Below, in pieces: positions 13,428-24,119 of a stretch of 64,000 nt of DNA; the stretch's first letter is position 1; every line of letters starts with the position of its first letter. Made by a program: the position numbers and the translations under genes. The DNA comes from Thermodesulfobacteriota bacterium (GTDB lineage: Bacteria > Desulfobacterota > Desulfarculia > JACQYL01). Where the stretch lies: the NCBI GenBank assembly GCA_963675595.2, contig CAXXLZ010000001.1:320001-384000 (forward strand), in the 5' to 3' direction. The notes beneath the pieces were generated by a model, which was not told the DNA's origin, ran no database searches, and saw nothing but the letters and a program-made list of their open reading frames with translations.

Positions 13428-13790
13428 CTACAAGAACTGGGCGATTTCGCGCACAAAGGTTTCAGGATTGATCGGTTTTTCGATGTAGCCGGTCGCGCCG
13501 GCGGCCAATATTCGTTCTCGATCCCCGGCCATTGCATAAGAAGTAACCGCGATAATCGGCACGCCCTGAAGTTCGTCGTGCTTTTTCAACTCCTCGGCTA
13601 CGGCATATCCGTCCATTTCCGGCAATTGGATATCAAGCAATATGGCATCAGGCCTTTGTTGCAATGCCTTATCAATACCTTCACGGCCGTTTTCCGCTCC
13701 GATTATGGTAAAGCCGTTCTTTTCCAGCAAGAATCGCATCATATAAAAATTCTGCTCGTTGTCTTCGATGATCAGCAAGGTTTCGTTCAC
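13428..13790 (-). CDS. Single-domain response regulator (DivK-like)
   Basis: IIEDN, LLDIQLPEMDG, AVTSYAM and KP motifs. Confidence 0.9.
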   Translation of the reverse strand: MNETLLIIEDNEQNFYMMRFLLEKNGFTIIGAENGREGIDKALQQRPDAILLDIQLPEMDGYAVAEELKKHDELQGVPIIAVTSYAMAGDRERILAAGATGYIEKPINPETFVREIAQFL

Positions 13791-13804
13791 GACGAACCCC
13801 CTCT

Positions 13805-13890
13805 CAGCCCGTTGAAAAAAATCCGACTATTGCAGGCCGTTCAAAAACGATGCGGCGCAACGCAGCAGATCGCGTTTTTCAACGACCGGC
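13805..13890. repeat. Internally deleted MITE copy D
   Basis: GCAGGCCGTTCAAAAACGATG ... GCAGATCGCGTTTTTCAACGACCGGC. Confidence 0.6.
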
Positions 13891-16800
13891 CATCCGTTTG
13901 GGAAAGCGTATGGAGAAGACGCTGCCCATGCCGTAGCGGCTTTGGACATGGATAGTGCCGCCCATCATATCCATAAGCTTCTTGCAGATGGACAGCCCCA
14001 AACCGCTCCCCTCTTGTTTGCGGGCAAGCCCGGTATCGATTTGGCGGAAGGGTTGGAACAGGCCCTCGACGTCTTCCGGTTTGATGCCGATGCCCGTGTC
14101 CGCAACCGAAAAGACGTAGTGATCGTTTTCACTCCGGCAGGCAACCTTAACGTACCCCTCTTCCGTGAATTTGACGGCGTTATTGATCAGGTTGAGAAAC
14201 ACCTGCTCCAATCGACGTTGATCCAGGGTTACGGTTGAGATATCATCGGCAATATCCAGCTTCAAGGCGATCGCTTTCTTCTCGGCCTGTGGAGAGGCGA
14301 TTTTCACCATTTTTTCGATGGATGGCTTCAAATCGAAAGAATTCAGAGAAAGAGAGAGTTGGCCGGCTTCGATTTTCGAGATATCCAGGATATCATTGAT
14401 CAGGTTCAGCAGGTGCCGGGAGCTGTTTTGCACCATGGTCAGCTGCTTACGTTGTTCCTGGTTGAGGGACCCGGCCAGGCCCTGCAGCAGGATGCCGGTG
14501 AATCCGATGATCGAGTTCAGCGGGGTCCGCAATTCATGCGACATGGTGGCGAGGAAGGCGGACTTGATGCGGTCGGCGGCCTCGGCCTGTTCCTTGGCCA
14601 CGACCAGTTCGGCGGTGCGTTCCTCCACGCGTTTCTCCAGGATTTCCGCGTGCCGCTGCAGGTCGATATTCAACTGCCGGACCTGCTCCTCGGCGTGTCT
14701 GCGATCCGTTATGTCCGAACCGATACTCAGTATCTCCTTGACCTGTCCGTGCTCATCGAGCACTACCCTGTTGCTCCACTCAATCCAGGCGCGCTCTCCG
14801 TTTTGCCGGATATTCTCGTTGATATTGTGCTCGAACCTTGTGGCGTCGGTGCCGATCTCCTCTATCATCCGCTGCAGGTCCCGGCCGGTACTTTCCGTTT
14901 CCGGGACAATGGTCCCCACCAGCGAACGACCTACGATCTCTTCTTCCGTGTAGCCGAAAAACTTCAGGCCGAACTCATTTAGGAAGGTCACACGGCCATC
15001 CCGGGACCATCGCAGTATGATGCTGTTGGCCAGCATCACCAGTTCGCGGTATTTTTGTTCACTCGCGCGCAGCGTCTGCTCCATTTCCTTTTGTGCGGAG
15101 ACGTCCCGGATGGTCTCAATGGCTCCACACGGCCGGCCGTCCTGGTCGTATAAGGGGGATGCGACCGCCCAGAAATGAGCGCCCCGACCACCTCCGAGAA
15201 GCGGCAGGAAAGACTCGCCGTATATTCTATCTTCCCTGCGCTCGACGTATTTATAGAAGCTCTCCAATTCAGGCATGGATTGGTCCAGAAGATCAATGAG
15301 CATGGGACGGCGTTCCCCGAAGAACGGTTCGGCATAGGCATAGTCCCCTTGTCCGAGCAAGGAGTCCTTCTTTACACCGGTGATGGCTTCGCAGGCCCGG
15401 TTCCACGCGATGAGTCTTCTGTCCTGATCGATCACGAACGTGGCATCCGGAAGAAATTCCACAATATCTTCGAATCGTTGTTGCGCCTTCTTCCTTTGTT
15501 CTTCCGCGTCCTTATGGGCGGCGCGTGTTCGATGGTTGGCGATGCCGAAAGACAGATCATCGGCGATTTCCTTGAGGCGCGCCGTTTCTTTTTCGTCAAA
15601 GGCGGCTGATTCGGCCGCGTAGATTCCGAGCACGCCCAGCGTGGTGGTCCCGGATAAGAGCGGCACCATTAGGCACGATGCGTAACCTCGGTTGCGCGCG
15701 TCCGCGCGCCATGACTTGAAGCTCGCATCGGCAAAGATATGCCTCGCTGCATGCAACCGTTGAGTTCGGAAAGCTTCTTCCGCGAGGACGCGACTGGGGT
15801 CGCTCGCGCCCCAAATGATGTTGGTTTCCCATGAGTCCTCTTGGCTGGATTGCGCTTGGACCCCGGGACGGAGGGTTTGGGCTCCTTCGGACTCGTTGAG
15901 GCCGATGCAGGCCATGCAATAGCCGCCGGTGTTCACCATGATCCGGCAGACGGCTTCCAGCAGCTGGGCTTCGTTCGTGGAACGCACCAGCGCCTGATTG
16001 CATTCGCCCAAGGTGAGCAAAGCGCCGTTCAATCTCCGCAATTCCCGAGTGCGGGCATTCACTTGTCGCCTGAGAACGAAGCTCCCCCCGAGACTGAGAC
16101 TCAGGAAGAGCACCAGAACCAGGCCGATCGTCCGAAGCCGCTCGGGAAGCTTGAAGTGCGTGTCTTCGGAAACCCACCGTTTTAATGATTGATAATAGAT
16201 GGATTGCGTGTCCTGCTTGAGCTCTGTCAGGTGGAAGTCGATGGCGTTAAGCAGCTCTTGGTTCTTGCCCTTTGGGGCTGCGTAGAAAAGATTGCTGGGG
16301 TGAAAAACAATCGAAGTGTCTTCAACACCGGAGTTTCTTGCATGCGTTAAGCCGTGGAAACGGTTACTAATGGCTGCATCCACCTCGTTATCTCTAACCA
16401 TGTCAAAGATGGTTTTATAATCCGGCAAGGCGATGACGGTAGTGTTCAAGCCGAAGCCCTGTCCAAGTTGAGTAAATGCCTTCTGTTGAACGGAACGATC
16501 AAGTACCGCAATTCGTTTTCCACTAAGGTCCAATATCGATCGAATATTGGATCCTTTCCGGGCATATATCTGAAACCAGGAGGACAACATAGGAACTTGG
16601 TGGAAAGAGAATATCCGTTCCCTATCCGAGGTGTGGACCACATCAGGCATAAGGTCGATTTCTCCTCTTTGTAAACGATCCAGTCCTTCGCCCCAGGTCC
16701 CGGGAACATATCGAAGCTTCCAATGCTCTTTCTCTGCAATGTATTCAATTATGTCGACAAATATGCCGGACGGCTTGCCGGATTCGGAAACAAATACTTT

Positions 16801-16950
16801 TGGTGAATTCTCATAGATACCCACCCTGATGGTCCGATTGTCCGCTCTTGAAGGAACGACACACAGAAGTGCGGAGGACACAAAAAAGACGGCTAATACT
16901 ACTAGTGAGGATTCAAGTGAAATACGCTTGATCCGATTGCTCATCATCAC
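13879..16950 (-). CDS. Sensor histidine kinase (SBP_bac_3-TM-GAF-PAS-PAS-HisKA-HATPase)
   Basis: MSHELRTPL, NAVKFT, DTGIG and GSGLGL boxes; periplasmic SBP-like domain. Confidence 0.92.
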   Translation of the reverse strand: MMMSNRIKRISLESSLVVLAVFFVSSALLCVVPSRADNRTIRVGIYENSPKVFVSESGKPSGIFVDIIEYIAEKEHWKLRYVPGTWGEGLDRLQRGEIDLMPDVVHTSDRERIFSFHQVPMLSSWFQIYARKGSNIRSILDLSGKRIAVLDRSVQQKAFTQLGQGFGLNTTVIALPDYKTIFDMVRDNEVDAAISNRFHGLTHARNSGVEDTSIVFHPSNLFYAAPKGKNQELLNAIDFHLTELKQDTQSIYYQSLKRWVSEDTHFKLPERLRTIGLVLVLFLSLSLGGSFVLRRQVNARTRELRRLNGALLTLGECNQALVRSTNEAQLLEAVCRIMVNTGGYCMACIGLNESEGAQTLRPGVQAQSSQEDSWETNIIWGASDPSRVLAEEAFRTQRLHAARHIFADASFKSWRADARNRGYASCLMVPLLSGTTTLGVLGIYAAESAAFDEKETARLKEIADDLSFGIANHRTRAAHKDAEEQRKKAQQRFEDIVEFLPDATFVIDQDRRLIAWNRACEAITGVKKDSLLGQGDYAYAEPFFGERRPMLIDLLDQSMPELESFYKYVERREDRIYGESFLPLLGGGRGAHFWAVASPLYDQDGRPCGAIETIRDVSAQKEMEQTLRASEQKYRELVMLANSIILRWSRDGRVTFLNEFGLKFFGYTEEEIVGRSLVGTIVPETESTGRDLQRMIEEIGTDATRFEHNINENIRQNGERAWIEWSNRVVLDEHGQVKEILSIGSDITDRRHAEEQVRQLNIDLQRHAEILEKRVEERTAELVVAKEQAEAADRIKSAFLATMSHELRTPLNSIIGFTGILLQGLAGSLNQEQRKQLTMVQNSSRHLLNLINDILDISKIEAGQLSLSLNSFDLKPSIEKMVKIASPQAEKKAIALKLDIADDISTVTLDQRRLEQVFLNLINNAVKFTEEGYVKVACRSENDHYVFSVADTGIGIKPEDVEGLFQPFRQIDTGLARKQEGSGLGLSICKKLMDMMGGTIHVQSRYGMGSVFSIRFPKRMAGR

Positions 16951-17377
16951 CCATCTCCTTTTGGATGATACTTTCGGATTAGGATGGCCTCATGATAAAG
17001 GACTTCTCGCTTCTTTCCGATCCGGCCCTGCCATTTGCTCTTCGGCAAGATTATAGCCGAAAGCATTCGAATCCACCATAGCTCGTGCGCATCGTTACGG
17101 TGCTTCCGACACGCGCAATCTCCCAATGATGGTAGAACTATCAGATAATTGGGTATATTACGTCGAAAAACAGATGAAGGCGGAAGAAATGTGAACCCAG
17201 CGAGCATGTTTACTTCCAGTACCGTAGAAATGGTCGCCGCGTCGTTTATGCGGCGGATGGTTCCGTTCCCGGATTCAGGTAACCGGACGGTATTCGTTTC
17301 CAAGTCGGCATTTCATCTTCCGATTACGGAAATATTTCATCAGTGTGGGAATGATGGACATTTCCTTAATGAATGTT

Positions 17378-19253
17378 GATGAGTTCGTAAAAACCTCTCC
17401 GTAAAGGTATCTAGTTGAAAATATGAATAAAAATGGCATTTATGGGTTGACCTTTCTTTTGGGTCCTGTATGATAAGTATCTGACTTGATTAATAATATG
17501 GTCCTTAGGGGGGTTGTTTTGTTTCGGCCTAAGAGAACGCAAAAGACCATTTTCGACCACGATATTTGCCTTCCCGCAGACAGGATCGAGGCGTTGGAGA
17601 AGACGTGGGCCGGTCCGTTCCGGCGCCTGGTGCTTCCCATGATCGATGAGGAGTCTTTCCGGCCTTTCTACTGTGAGGACAACGGCAGGCCCAACAGACC
17701 CGTGGCCATCCTTGTCGGAGCGTGTGTTTTGAAGGAAATGAACAGCCTGACCGATGCGGAAGTCTTGGGCGCTCTGGACTTCGATCTGCGTTGGCAATAT
17801 GCCTTCAACATCAACGCCTTTGAATCTCACGTCTGCCAGAAGACCCTGCACAATTTCCGGACCTTGATTACCGACAACAAGCAAGCGCGGAGCCTCTTTA
17901 CCGGAATCACGGACGCCATCATCGAGACGGCGGCCCTTAGCACGGACAAACAGCGGTTGGACTCCACACAGATCACTTCCAACATGGCTCATCTGAGCCG
18001 TCTGGGGCTCTTTACGCGCACCATCGAGGCGTTCTTGAAACGGCTCCATAAGAAACATCCCAAGTTGTATGAGAAACTGCCCCGACTTTACGACAAGGCC
18101 TACTTGAAGCGCGCAGGCTATTTTGCCGATGCAAAATCATCGCGGGCCAAGCGTCGTCTGGACAAGTCCGCCCGCCATCTCGCCGACCTGGTGGACCGCT
18201 TCCGAGGTCATCCGGAAATCAGCCGAATGAAAGAATACCGGCTGATGGCCCGACTACTGTCGGAGCAATGCCGTTTCACCGAGGGAGATCCCGACAAAAC
18301 AGAACTCGAGAAGCCCAAGGAAATCCCTGCGGACTCCCTGCAGAATCCTTCGGATCCCGACGCCACCTATGGGCGCAAGGGCAAAGGATATAAGGCTTCC
18401 CTCACGGAGACCTGCGTGAAGGAAAATCCCTTCCAGGTGATCACCGATGTGGACGTGGCCCCTTCCTATGACAGCGACCAGAAAGACGTGATGCCCGTTA
18501 TCGAACGCCTGGAGGAAACGGGCCGCAAACCCGAAGAGTTGTTCGCCGACGCAGGCTACGGCAGCGGCGAGAACATCCTTCAAGCTCACGAGCACGGAGT
18601 CGAGCTTACCGCTCCGGTGACTTGCGGAAAAGCGCCGGATCTCAATAAGATGCAGTTGAGTGACTTTGAAACGAACGAGGACTGCACCCAGGTCGTTTAC
18701 TGTATCCGGGGGCACGCGCCACTTGAATGCAAGATCGTTGACCGCGGCAAAGCGGTGGAAGCCGTGTTTTCCCGCGAGCACTGTCTCCTATGCGAATTTC
18801 TCCCCATCTGTCCGGTAAAACGGATCAAGGGCGGAAATTATCGACTGAAGTACAAGCGCAAGGACATGGCGACCTCCAAGCGCAGACTACAGCAGGAAAG
18901 CCATGATTTCAAAGAACGCTACAAAATCCGGTCCGGCATCGAGGCCACCATCTCCGAAGCGGATCGGGTCACGGGATTGAAACGATCGTGGACCCGAGGC
19001 AAAAAACGGGTCACCTTATCTGTTTTCATGAAGGCCCTGGCCATCAACATCAAGAGGTTCGTCCAGAGCCGCCTTGATAAGGCCAAGAAGGCCCTTTCCA
19101 ACTCGATAGAGGGAGGCAGCAACGATAATTTCCGTCGTCTTTGTAGCCTATGTCACGATGACAGTAACCTTGGCAGTGTTGCAATGGCCGCTTGAACTTC
19201 CAATGCTCCAAAAAACAGCCCTGTTCGTAAAGGGGGGTTCTTACGACGGCATC
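17378..19253 (+). mobile_element. IS1182-like insertion sequence
   Basis: Imperfect TIRs GATGAGTTCGTAAAAACC / GGTTCTTACGACGGCATC; flanks AATGTT / AATATT. Confidence 0.75.
17486..19195 (+). CDS. IS1182-like DDE transposase
   Basis: NGRP, RLDST, SDPDATY, ADAGY, Cys cluster and YKIRSGIEAT motifs; exact start uncertain. Confidence 0.85.
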   Translation: MINNMVLRGVVLFRPKRTQKTIFDHDICLPADRIEALEKTWAGPFRRLVLPMIDEESFRPFYCEDNGRPNRPVAILVGACVLKEMNSLTDAEVLGALDFDLRWQYAFNINAFESHVCQKTLHNFRTLITDNKQARSLFTGITDAIIETAALSTDKQRLDSTQITSNMAHLSRLGLFTRTIEAFLKRLHKKHPKLYEKLPRLYDKAYLKRAGYFADAKSSRAKRRLDKSARHLADLVDRFRGHPEISRMKEYRLMARLLSEQCRFTEGDPDKTELEKPKEIPADSLQNPSDPDATYGRKGKGYKASLTETCVKENPFQVITDVDVAPSYDSDQKDVMPVIERLEETGRKPEELFADAGYGSGENILQAHEHGVELTAPVTCGKAPDLNKMQLSDFETNEDCTQVVYCIRGHAPLECKIVDRGKAVEAVFSREHCLLCEFLPICPVKRIKGGNYRLKYKRKDMATSKRRLQQESHDFKERYKIRSGIEATISEADRVTGLKRSWTRGKKRVTLSVFMKALAINIKRFVQSRLDKAKKALSNSIEGGSNDNFRRLCSLCHDDSNLGSVAMAA

Positions 19254-19332
19254 AATATTGCCAAGACTTCGGAGAATCAACGGCAACAGGTAGTATCTGG
19301 AATTCTTCGTGCTTTGTTGGTATTTGTTCACA

Positions 19333-19445
19333 CCGTTTCCGGGGGGACATCGTTCACCCGGACCCCCAGTTGCGCTTTTGCGAATCGCGTACGCGATTCG
19401 CAAAACGAGCAGCATGTGCCGTACAATTTATTAAAATACCTAAAG
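19333..19445. repeat. Modular REP-like repeat with a perfect 30-bp palindrome (19376-19405)
   Basis: TTTTGCGAATCGCGTACGCGATTCGCAAAA; homologues at about 24965-25040, 25720-25795 and, inverted, 38640-38715. Confidence 0.8.
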
Positions 19446-19997
19446 TTTCCTATGTGGCCTCAAATCAAGCCGAAATTGAATAACCTTTTCCTATTCGCGC
19501 CCGAAGCGCCAAGTACGCATGCGATGCTAAAACGAAGATGCCGCCATTTGCAGGACGCTGCGAATACAGCCAAACTTTAGCCGCGGCCACCCTCGCTGTT
19601 ACCGAATCGGCTTGAGGCACGGGACCCACCTCAAGTAGGGTCCCGAGCCGGTTGAGTCCGGTTAAACGTGTTTCGGGGGCTTCACGCCTGGGTTGCTTGG
19701 AGACGAAATTCAAAACACCGCTTTTCCAGGGTCAATCGCCACAAAATAAGGGCGAGTTTTCGTGCCAATGCGCAGATGGCCTTTTGGGGAAGACCCGTTC
19801 GACCCAGGAGTTTACGATAATGCAATTCGGCCGCCGGATCTTTGGACTTCCACGTCCAGGCCGCCTCCACCAACAGGCTCCGAAGCCGCGTCTGCCCCAC
19901 CGGATGAAGCGCTCCTCGGAATTTCCGCTCTCCGCTTTGTCGCACCAATGGGGCGAGTCCCAAGTAGCTGGTGACCTCCTCCGCCCGGAGAAACCGA
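19446..19997 (-). pseudogene. 3' remnant of an IS1111-group element (C-terminal recombinase plus complete right end)
   Basis: EEVTSYLGLAPLVRQSGE...RLQATQA homologous to 23026-24114; right end TTGAGGCCACATAGGAAA conserved. Confidence 0.88.
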
Positions 19998-20307
19998 TCA
20001 AATACGAGTCGATGAAGGAATTGCTGGACGGATTGCGAACCTACTTCGAATATTGCAGCAACCACCGGCCCCATCAGACTCCGAAGGGAAAAACTCCGGC
20101 GGGAAGTCTACCGGGAGACGGCCACGGTCCGGGATGCGGCTTGATGAAAGGGAAAACGACCATCCACAAGGTTGGCCTCGCCTCGCCTGAGCGGCGCAAG
20201 GCTCCGCTCGGCTCGGCCAACTTCCGCAACGCGGATACTGGGCTTCGACCCAAAACAATACACCTTTATTCTCCGGAAAAATTGGTACTAACCTTGGGGT
20301 CCACTTC
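19998..20307 (+). pseudogene. IS3-family transposase C-terminal remnant with probable right end
   Basis: YESMKELLDGLRTYFEYCSNHRPHQTPKGKTP resembles an integrase-core C-terminus; end TGGTACTAACCTTGGGGTCCACTTC. Confidence 0.6.
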
Positions 20308-20483
20308 CGGTGACCTGGAGAGTAGAACGAATATCGTAGAGTTGCCGGACATTCTCGAGAAGGTGATTAACAGCAATTTCCAAACACACGGGGAAAAACA
20401 GGTCGCTATCGGAGAGACCGCAACATACGAATTGAATTCTACGCAGATGCAGAGCGAAGCCAAACTTCACACGGAGAACAGGG

Positions 20484-21647
20484 ATGTCCGACGGAATATT
20501 TCTCATTGATAAGGACGGTCGTCTCCAGCAGATGGGCCGGGAAGATTACGTGACCGAGGACCTGCTTCAGGAACTCATTGCCAAATACCCTAACCTCATT
20601 CCTGGAGATCAAATCAATAGTGACAGCCCGAGGCGGTGGCTTCTGATTACACGGGAGGCGGGAGTCCCTTCGGAATCGGACGGAGGAAGTCGATGGTCTG
20701 TGGATCATCTCTTTTTGGACCAGGAGGGCATTCCCACGTTGGTGGAGGTCAAGCGAAGCAGCGACACTCGCATCCGCAGGGAAGTGGTGGGGCAAATGCT
20801 CGATTATGCCGCCAATGCGGTAGTGTTTTGGCCTGTGGAACAAATCTTCGCCCGTTTCGAGCAGCAGTGCGAGAAAGAAGGAATCAATCCTGATGAAGCC
20901 GTTTCGAATCTGGTGGGTAATGAAGGGTCCGTCGGGGATTTCTGGAAAATGGTAAAGACGAACTTACTGGCTGGTAGGGTGCGTCTTCTGTTCGTGGCCG
21001 ATGTGATCCCAAAGGAACTAAGACGGATTGTCGAATTTTTGAATACGCAGATGGATCCCGCGGAGATGCTGGCCGTTGAAATCCGCCAGTTCGTGGGAGA
21101 AAACGTAAGAGCTCTAGTTCCAAGGCTGTTTGGACAAACCACGGAAGCTCAAAGCAAGAAGGCTGGAGGTGTGCGCGAGACCAAAATGTGGGATGAACCC
21201 TCCTTTTTTGAGGCGATCAAGGAACGACGTGGCGTCGATGAAATGCACCCCGTCCACAGGATCCTCTCCTGGGCTGTAGACAGAAATCTGGAGATTCAGT
21301 GGAAGCAGGGCAGTGTTGACGGCAGTTTGAAGGTCCGATACAACCCACTAGGGATCAAGGAAGCGGTTTCTCCCCTATTCAACGTCTATACCTATGGGGC
21401 TGTTGAGATTCAATTTCAGTACTTGCGCAAGCGCCCGCCTTATGAAAGCAAAGAAAAACGGCAGGAGATGAGGGAACGTCTGAACGCCATAGAAGGCGTG
21501 CACATAGCCGAGAGCAAACTAGACGCTCGCCCAAACCTGCCGCTTTCTGCCCTGACGAACCAAGAGAGCTTGAAGAAGTTCCTGGATACTTTCGATTGGG
21601 TGGTTTTGGAGGTGAAAACCTCATCTGAAACGAAAGAGACCCATTAA
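20484..21647 (+). CDS. PD-(D/E)XK (NucS-like) nuclease-domain protein
   Basis: E-x-LQELI, VDHLFLD, LVEVKRS and GQMLDYA motifs. Confidence 0.7.
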   Translation: MSDGIFLIDKDGRLQQMGREDYVTEDLLQELIAKYPNLIPGDQINSDSPRRWLLITREAGVPSESDGGSRWSVDHLFLDQEGIPTLVEVKRSSDTRIRREVVGQMLDYAANAVVFWPVEQIFARFEQQCEKEGINPDEAVSNLVGNEGSVGDFWKMVKTNLLAGRVRLLFVADVIPKELRRIVEFLNTQMDPAEMLAVEIRQFVGENVRALVPRLFGQTTEAQSKKAGGVRETKMWDEPSFFEAIKERRGVDEMHPVHRILSWAVDRNLEIQWKQGSVDGSLKVRYNPLGIKEAVSPLFNVYTYGAVEIQFQYLRKRPPYESKEKRQEMRERLNAIEGVHIAESKLDARPNLPLSALTNQESLKKFLDTFDWVVLEVKTSSETKETH

Positions 21648-21750
21648 GGCCGTTTTTCCTCCTGCTGTAATTTGGGCAAGCCCAGAGCTTGGAAACGAAA
21701 ACAAATGCCCAACCATTTACTTGGCCCGATGATCACGCACCTCCCCCTCC

Positions 21751-22887
21751 TCAGCCCACCATGGCTTTCAATGCATTCGCCAAGGTATCCAGTTCGGCAG
21801 CGGTGTTGTAGCGCCCCAGGCTGATGCGTACCGAACCCGCGGTGCCGTTGCCCAGGTCGTGGTGCACCAAGGGAGCGCAGTGCAGGCCCGTGCGCACGGC
21901 AATGTCATAGTCGCCGTCCAGCACCATGCCCGCGTCGCCCGGGGTCCAACCTTCCACATTGCAGGAGATCAGGGGCACGCGGTCCGGTCCGTGCCCGGGA
22001 CAGTGCAGCCGCACCCCGTCCAGATCGGTGAGGGCGTCCAACAATCGACGGTGCAACTCCGATTCCCGGTGCAGGGCCCGCTCAGCCTCCAGGCTTTGCA
22101 GATGGTCCAGGCATCGGCTCAGGATCAGAATGCCCAGCAGGTTGATGGTGCCGGCCTCCAAACGCTCGGGATAGTCCGGGCTTTGAACCAGGCGAGCCGA
22201 GTCCACGCCCGTGCCGCCGAAGCGGCTGGGCCGCACATCGAGTTCGGGGTCGACGACCAGGCCCCCGATGCCGGACGGGCCCAGCAGGGCCTTGTGCCCG
22301 GTGAAGGCCAGGCCGCTCACTCCCCAATCGCGCATGTGGATGGGAATCGTACCGGCGCTCTGGGATACGTCCAGAATCAACGGAATCCCGCGCATACGGC
22401 AGATACGGCCGATTTCGGCAGTCGGCTGCACGGTGCCCAGCACGTTGGACGCGTGATTCAGCACCACCAGGGCAGTGTTGGGCTTGAAGCACCGAGCCAC
22501 GGCCTCGGGCTCCACCACGCCCCGCCCGTTGAATGGAACCAGATCAAAGTCGCACACTCCGTTTTCACGTAGATGGTGCAGGGGACGAAGCACCGAGTTG
22601 TGCTCCAGCCGAGTGCTCACCACGTGCGTGCCCGGTGCGACGAGTCCCTGGAGCAGCGTGTTCAAGGCGTCGGTGGCATTGGCTCCAAAGCAGGTGACAA
22701 ATCCTTCCCCTCCGAAAAACGCGGCAATACGCTTACGCACCGCGTCCACCGCTTCCTGGGCGCGTACCGCGGAGTCATAGCCTCCGCGTCCCGGGGATGC
22801 GCCCATCTCCAGGTAGTCCCGCATGCCCTGTTGGAAGCAGTGGGAAGGCTTGGGAAAACTGGTGGCTGCGTTGTCCAGATAGATCAC
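21751..22887 (-). CDS. Class V PLP aminotransferase / SufS-type cysteine desulfurase
   Basis: IYLDNAATS, EHNSV, FTGHK and RTGLHCAP motifs; GTG start after GGAG. Confidence 0.9.
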   Translation of the reverse strand: MIYLDNAATSFPKPSHCFQQGMRDYLEMGASPGRGGYDSAVRAQEAVDAVRKRIAAFFGGEGFVTCFGANATDALNTLLQGLVAPGTHVVSTRLEHNSVLRPLHHLRENGVCDFDLVPFNGRGVVEPEAVARCFKPNTALVVLNHASNVLGTVQPTAEIGRICRMRGIPLILDVSQSAGTIPIHMRDWGVSGLAFTGHKALLGPSGIGGLVVDPELDVRPSRFGGTGVDSARLVQSPDYPERLEAGTINLLGILILSRCLDHLQSLEAERALHRESELHRRLLDALTDLDGVRLHCPGHGPDRVPLISCNVEGWTPGDAGMVLDGDYDIAVRTGLHCAPLVHHDLGNGTAGSVRISLGRYNTAAELDTLANALKAMVG

Positions 22888-23025
22888 GTTGGTCGACTCC
22901 GGGACCCGATAGGGTGTAAGCGTGAGGGAGAGAGGTTTGTATTCATTTGCCGGGGGAAATACCATGTTGGCCTCAGGTGCTCGATCGTTATGATGGAGCA
23001 TCACCCAAACAGAAAGGAGACCAAC

Positions 23026-24114
23026 ATGGTAGCAACGAAAGTAACAGAATTGGCCAAGTTTTTGGAGCTGGATATCGACCGTGATTTCCACGTCGGGATC
23101 GACGTACACAAAAAGAGCTACCACGTGGCCGTGCTTCGCAGCGACGGCGAGGTGAAGACTTTTGTGTCCTCGGCCTCTCCGGAGGCCATCGTGGCCATGT
23201 TGCTCCCCCACTTGAGGCGCATCCGAGCCGTAGCCTACGAAGCGGGGCCCACCGGCTTCGGCCTTGCGCGCACTTTGGCCAAAGCCGGGTTCAGCGTGAT
23301 CGTGGTGGCGCCGAGTCGGGTCCCTAGGCCGGTGACTGCGGGGGCCAAGACCGACCGCCTGGATTGCATGCGGTTGGCGGACCATGCCGCCCGAGGGATA
23401 TTGAAGTCCATCGCCGTTCCCACGGAGGAAGAGGAGGCCGAACGCAGCGTAATTCGCCGTCGGCACGATCTGGCCGACGGCACTCGACGCGTTAAGCAGA
23501 GAATTCAATCCCTTCTGCTGTTTCACGGTGTGGAGGCGCCTCCCGGGCTCAATCATTGGGGCCGAAGCGCTGTGGCGCAACTTCGAAAGCTTCGTCTGCC
23601 GAAGGAGGCCAAAGCGACGCTGCTCAGCTTGCTCCGTGAGTTGAATTTCCTCACAAAGGAAAAAGCCTTCATGGAGGAAAGGACTTCCAGTGTGTGCGAG
23701 AAACCTGAACACTTTGAGGAAATGCGATGCCTTCGAAGCGTCCCCGGGGTGGGTCCCATCACAGCGGCTACCTTCCTCCTGGAATTGTTTCGCCCGAGTC
23801 GGTTCCATCGGGTGGAGGAAGTGACCAGCTATCTGGGACTCGCACCGTTGGTAAGACAAAGCGGAGAGCGGAAATCTCGAGTGGCGCTTCCTCCCGTGGG
23901 TCAGACGCGACTGCGGAGTCTGTTGGTGGAGGCGGCCTGGACGTGGAAGTCCAGGGATCCGGCCATTGATTCGCATTATCGAAAACTCCTGTCGCGAACG
24001 GGCCTTCCACAAAAGGCCATTTGTGCGTTGGCACGGAAACTGGCCGTTGTTCTATGGCGATTGACCATGGAAAAACGGACCTATGAATTTCGTCTCCAAG
24101 CGGACCAAGCATGA
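23026..24114 (+). CDS. IS110-family DEDD recombinase
   Basis: VGIDVHK, YEAGPTG, KTDRLD, SVPGVG and QSG motifs; RBS AAGGAG. Confidence 0.95.
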   Translation: MVATKVTELAKFLELDIDRDFHVGIDVHKKSYHVAVLRSDGEVKTFVSSASPEAIVAMLLPHLRRIRAVAYEAGPTGFGLARTLAKAGFSVIVVAPSRVPRPVTAGAKTDRLDCMRLADHAARGILKSIAVPTEEEEAERSVIRRRHDLADGTRRVKQRIQSLLLFHGVEAPPGLNHWGRSAVAQLRKLRLPKEAKATLLSLLRELNFLTKEKAFMEERTSSVCEKPEHFEEMRCLRSVPGVGPITAATFLLELFRPSRFHRVEEVTSYLGLAPLVRQSGERKSRVALPPVGQTRLRSLLVEAAWTWKSRDPAIDSHYRKLLSRTGLPQKAICALARKLAVVLWRLTMEKRTYEFRLQADQA

Positions 24115-24119
24115 GCCGG

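Noticed and set aside
19652-20509. 285-aa ORF
   Set aside because: Chimera of antisense IS1111, an IS3 fragment and intergenic DNA.
22888-24012. 753-aa desulfurase fusion and 513-aa extended transposase ORFs
   Set aside because: Both extensions are antisense shadows of the neighbouring gene; RBS-supported starts are 22887 and 23026.
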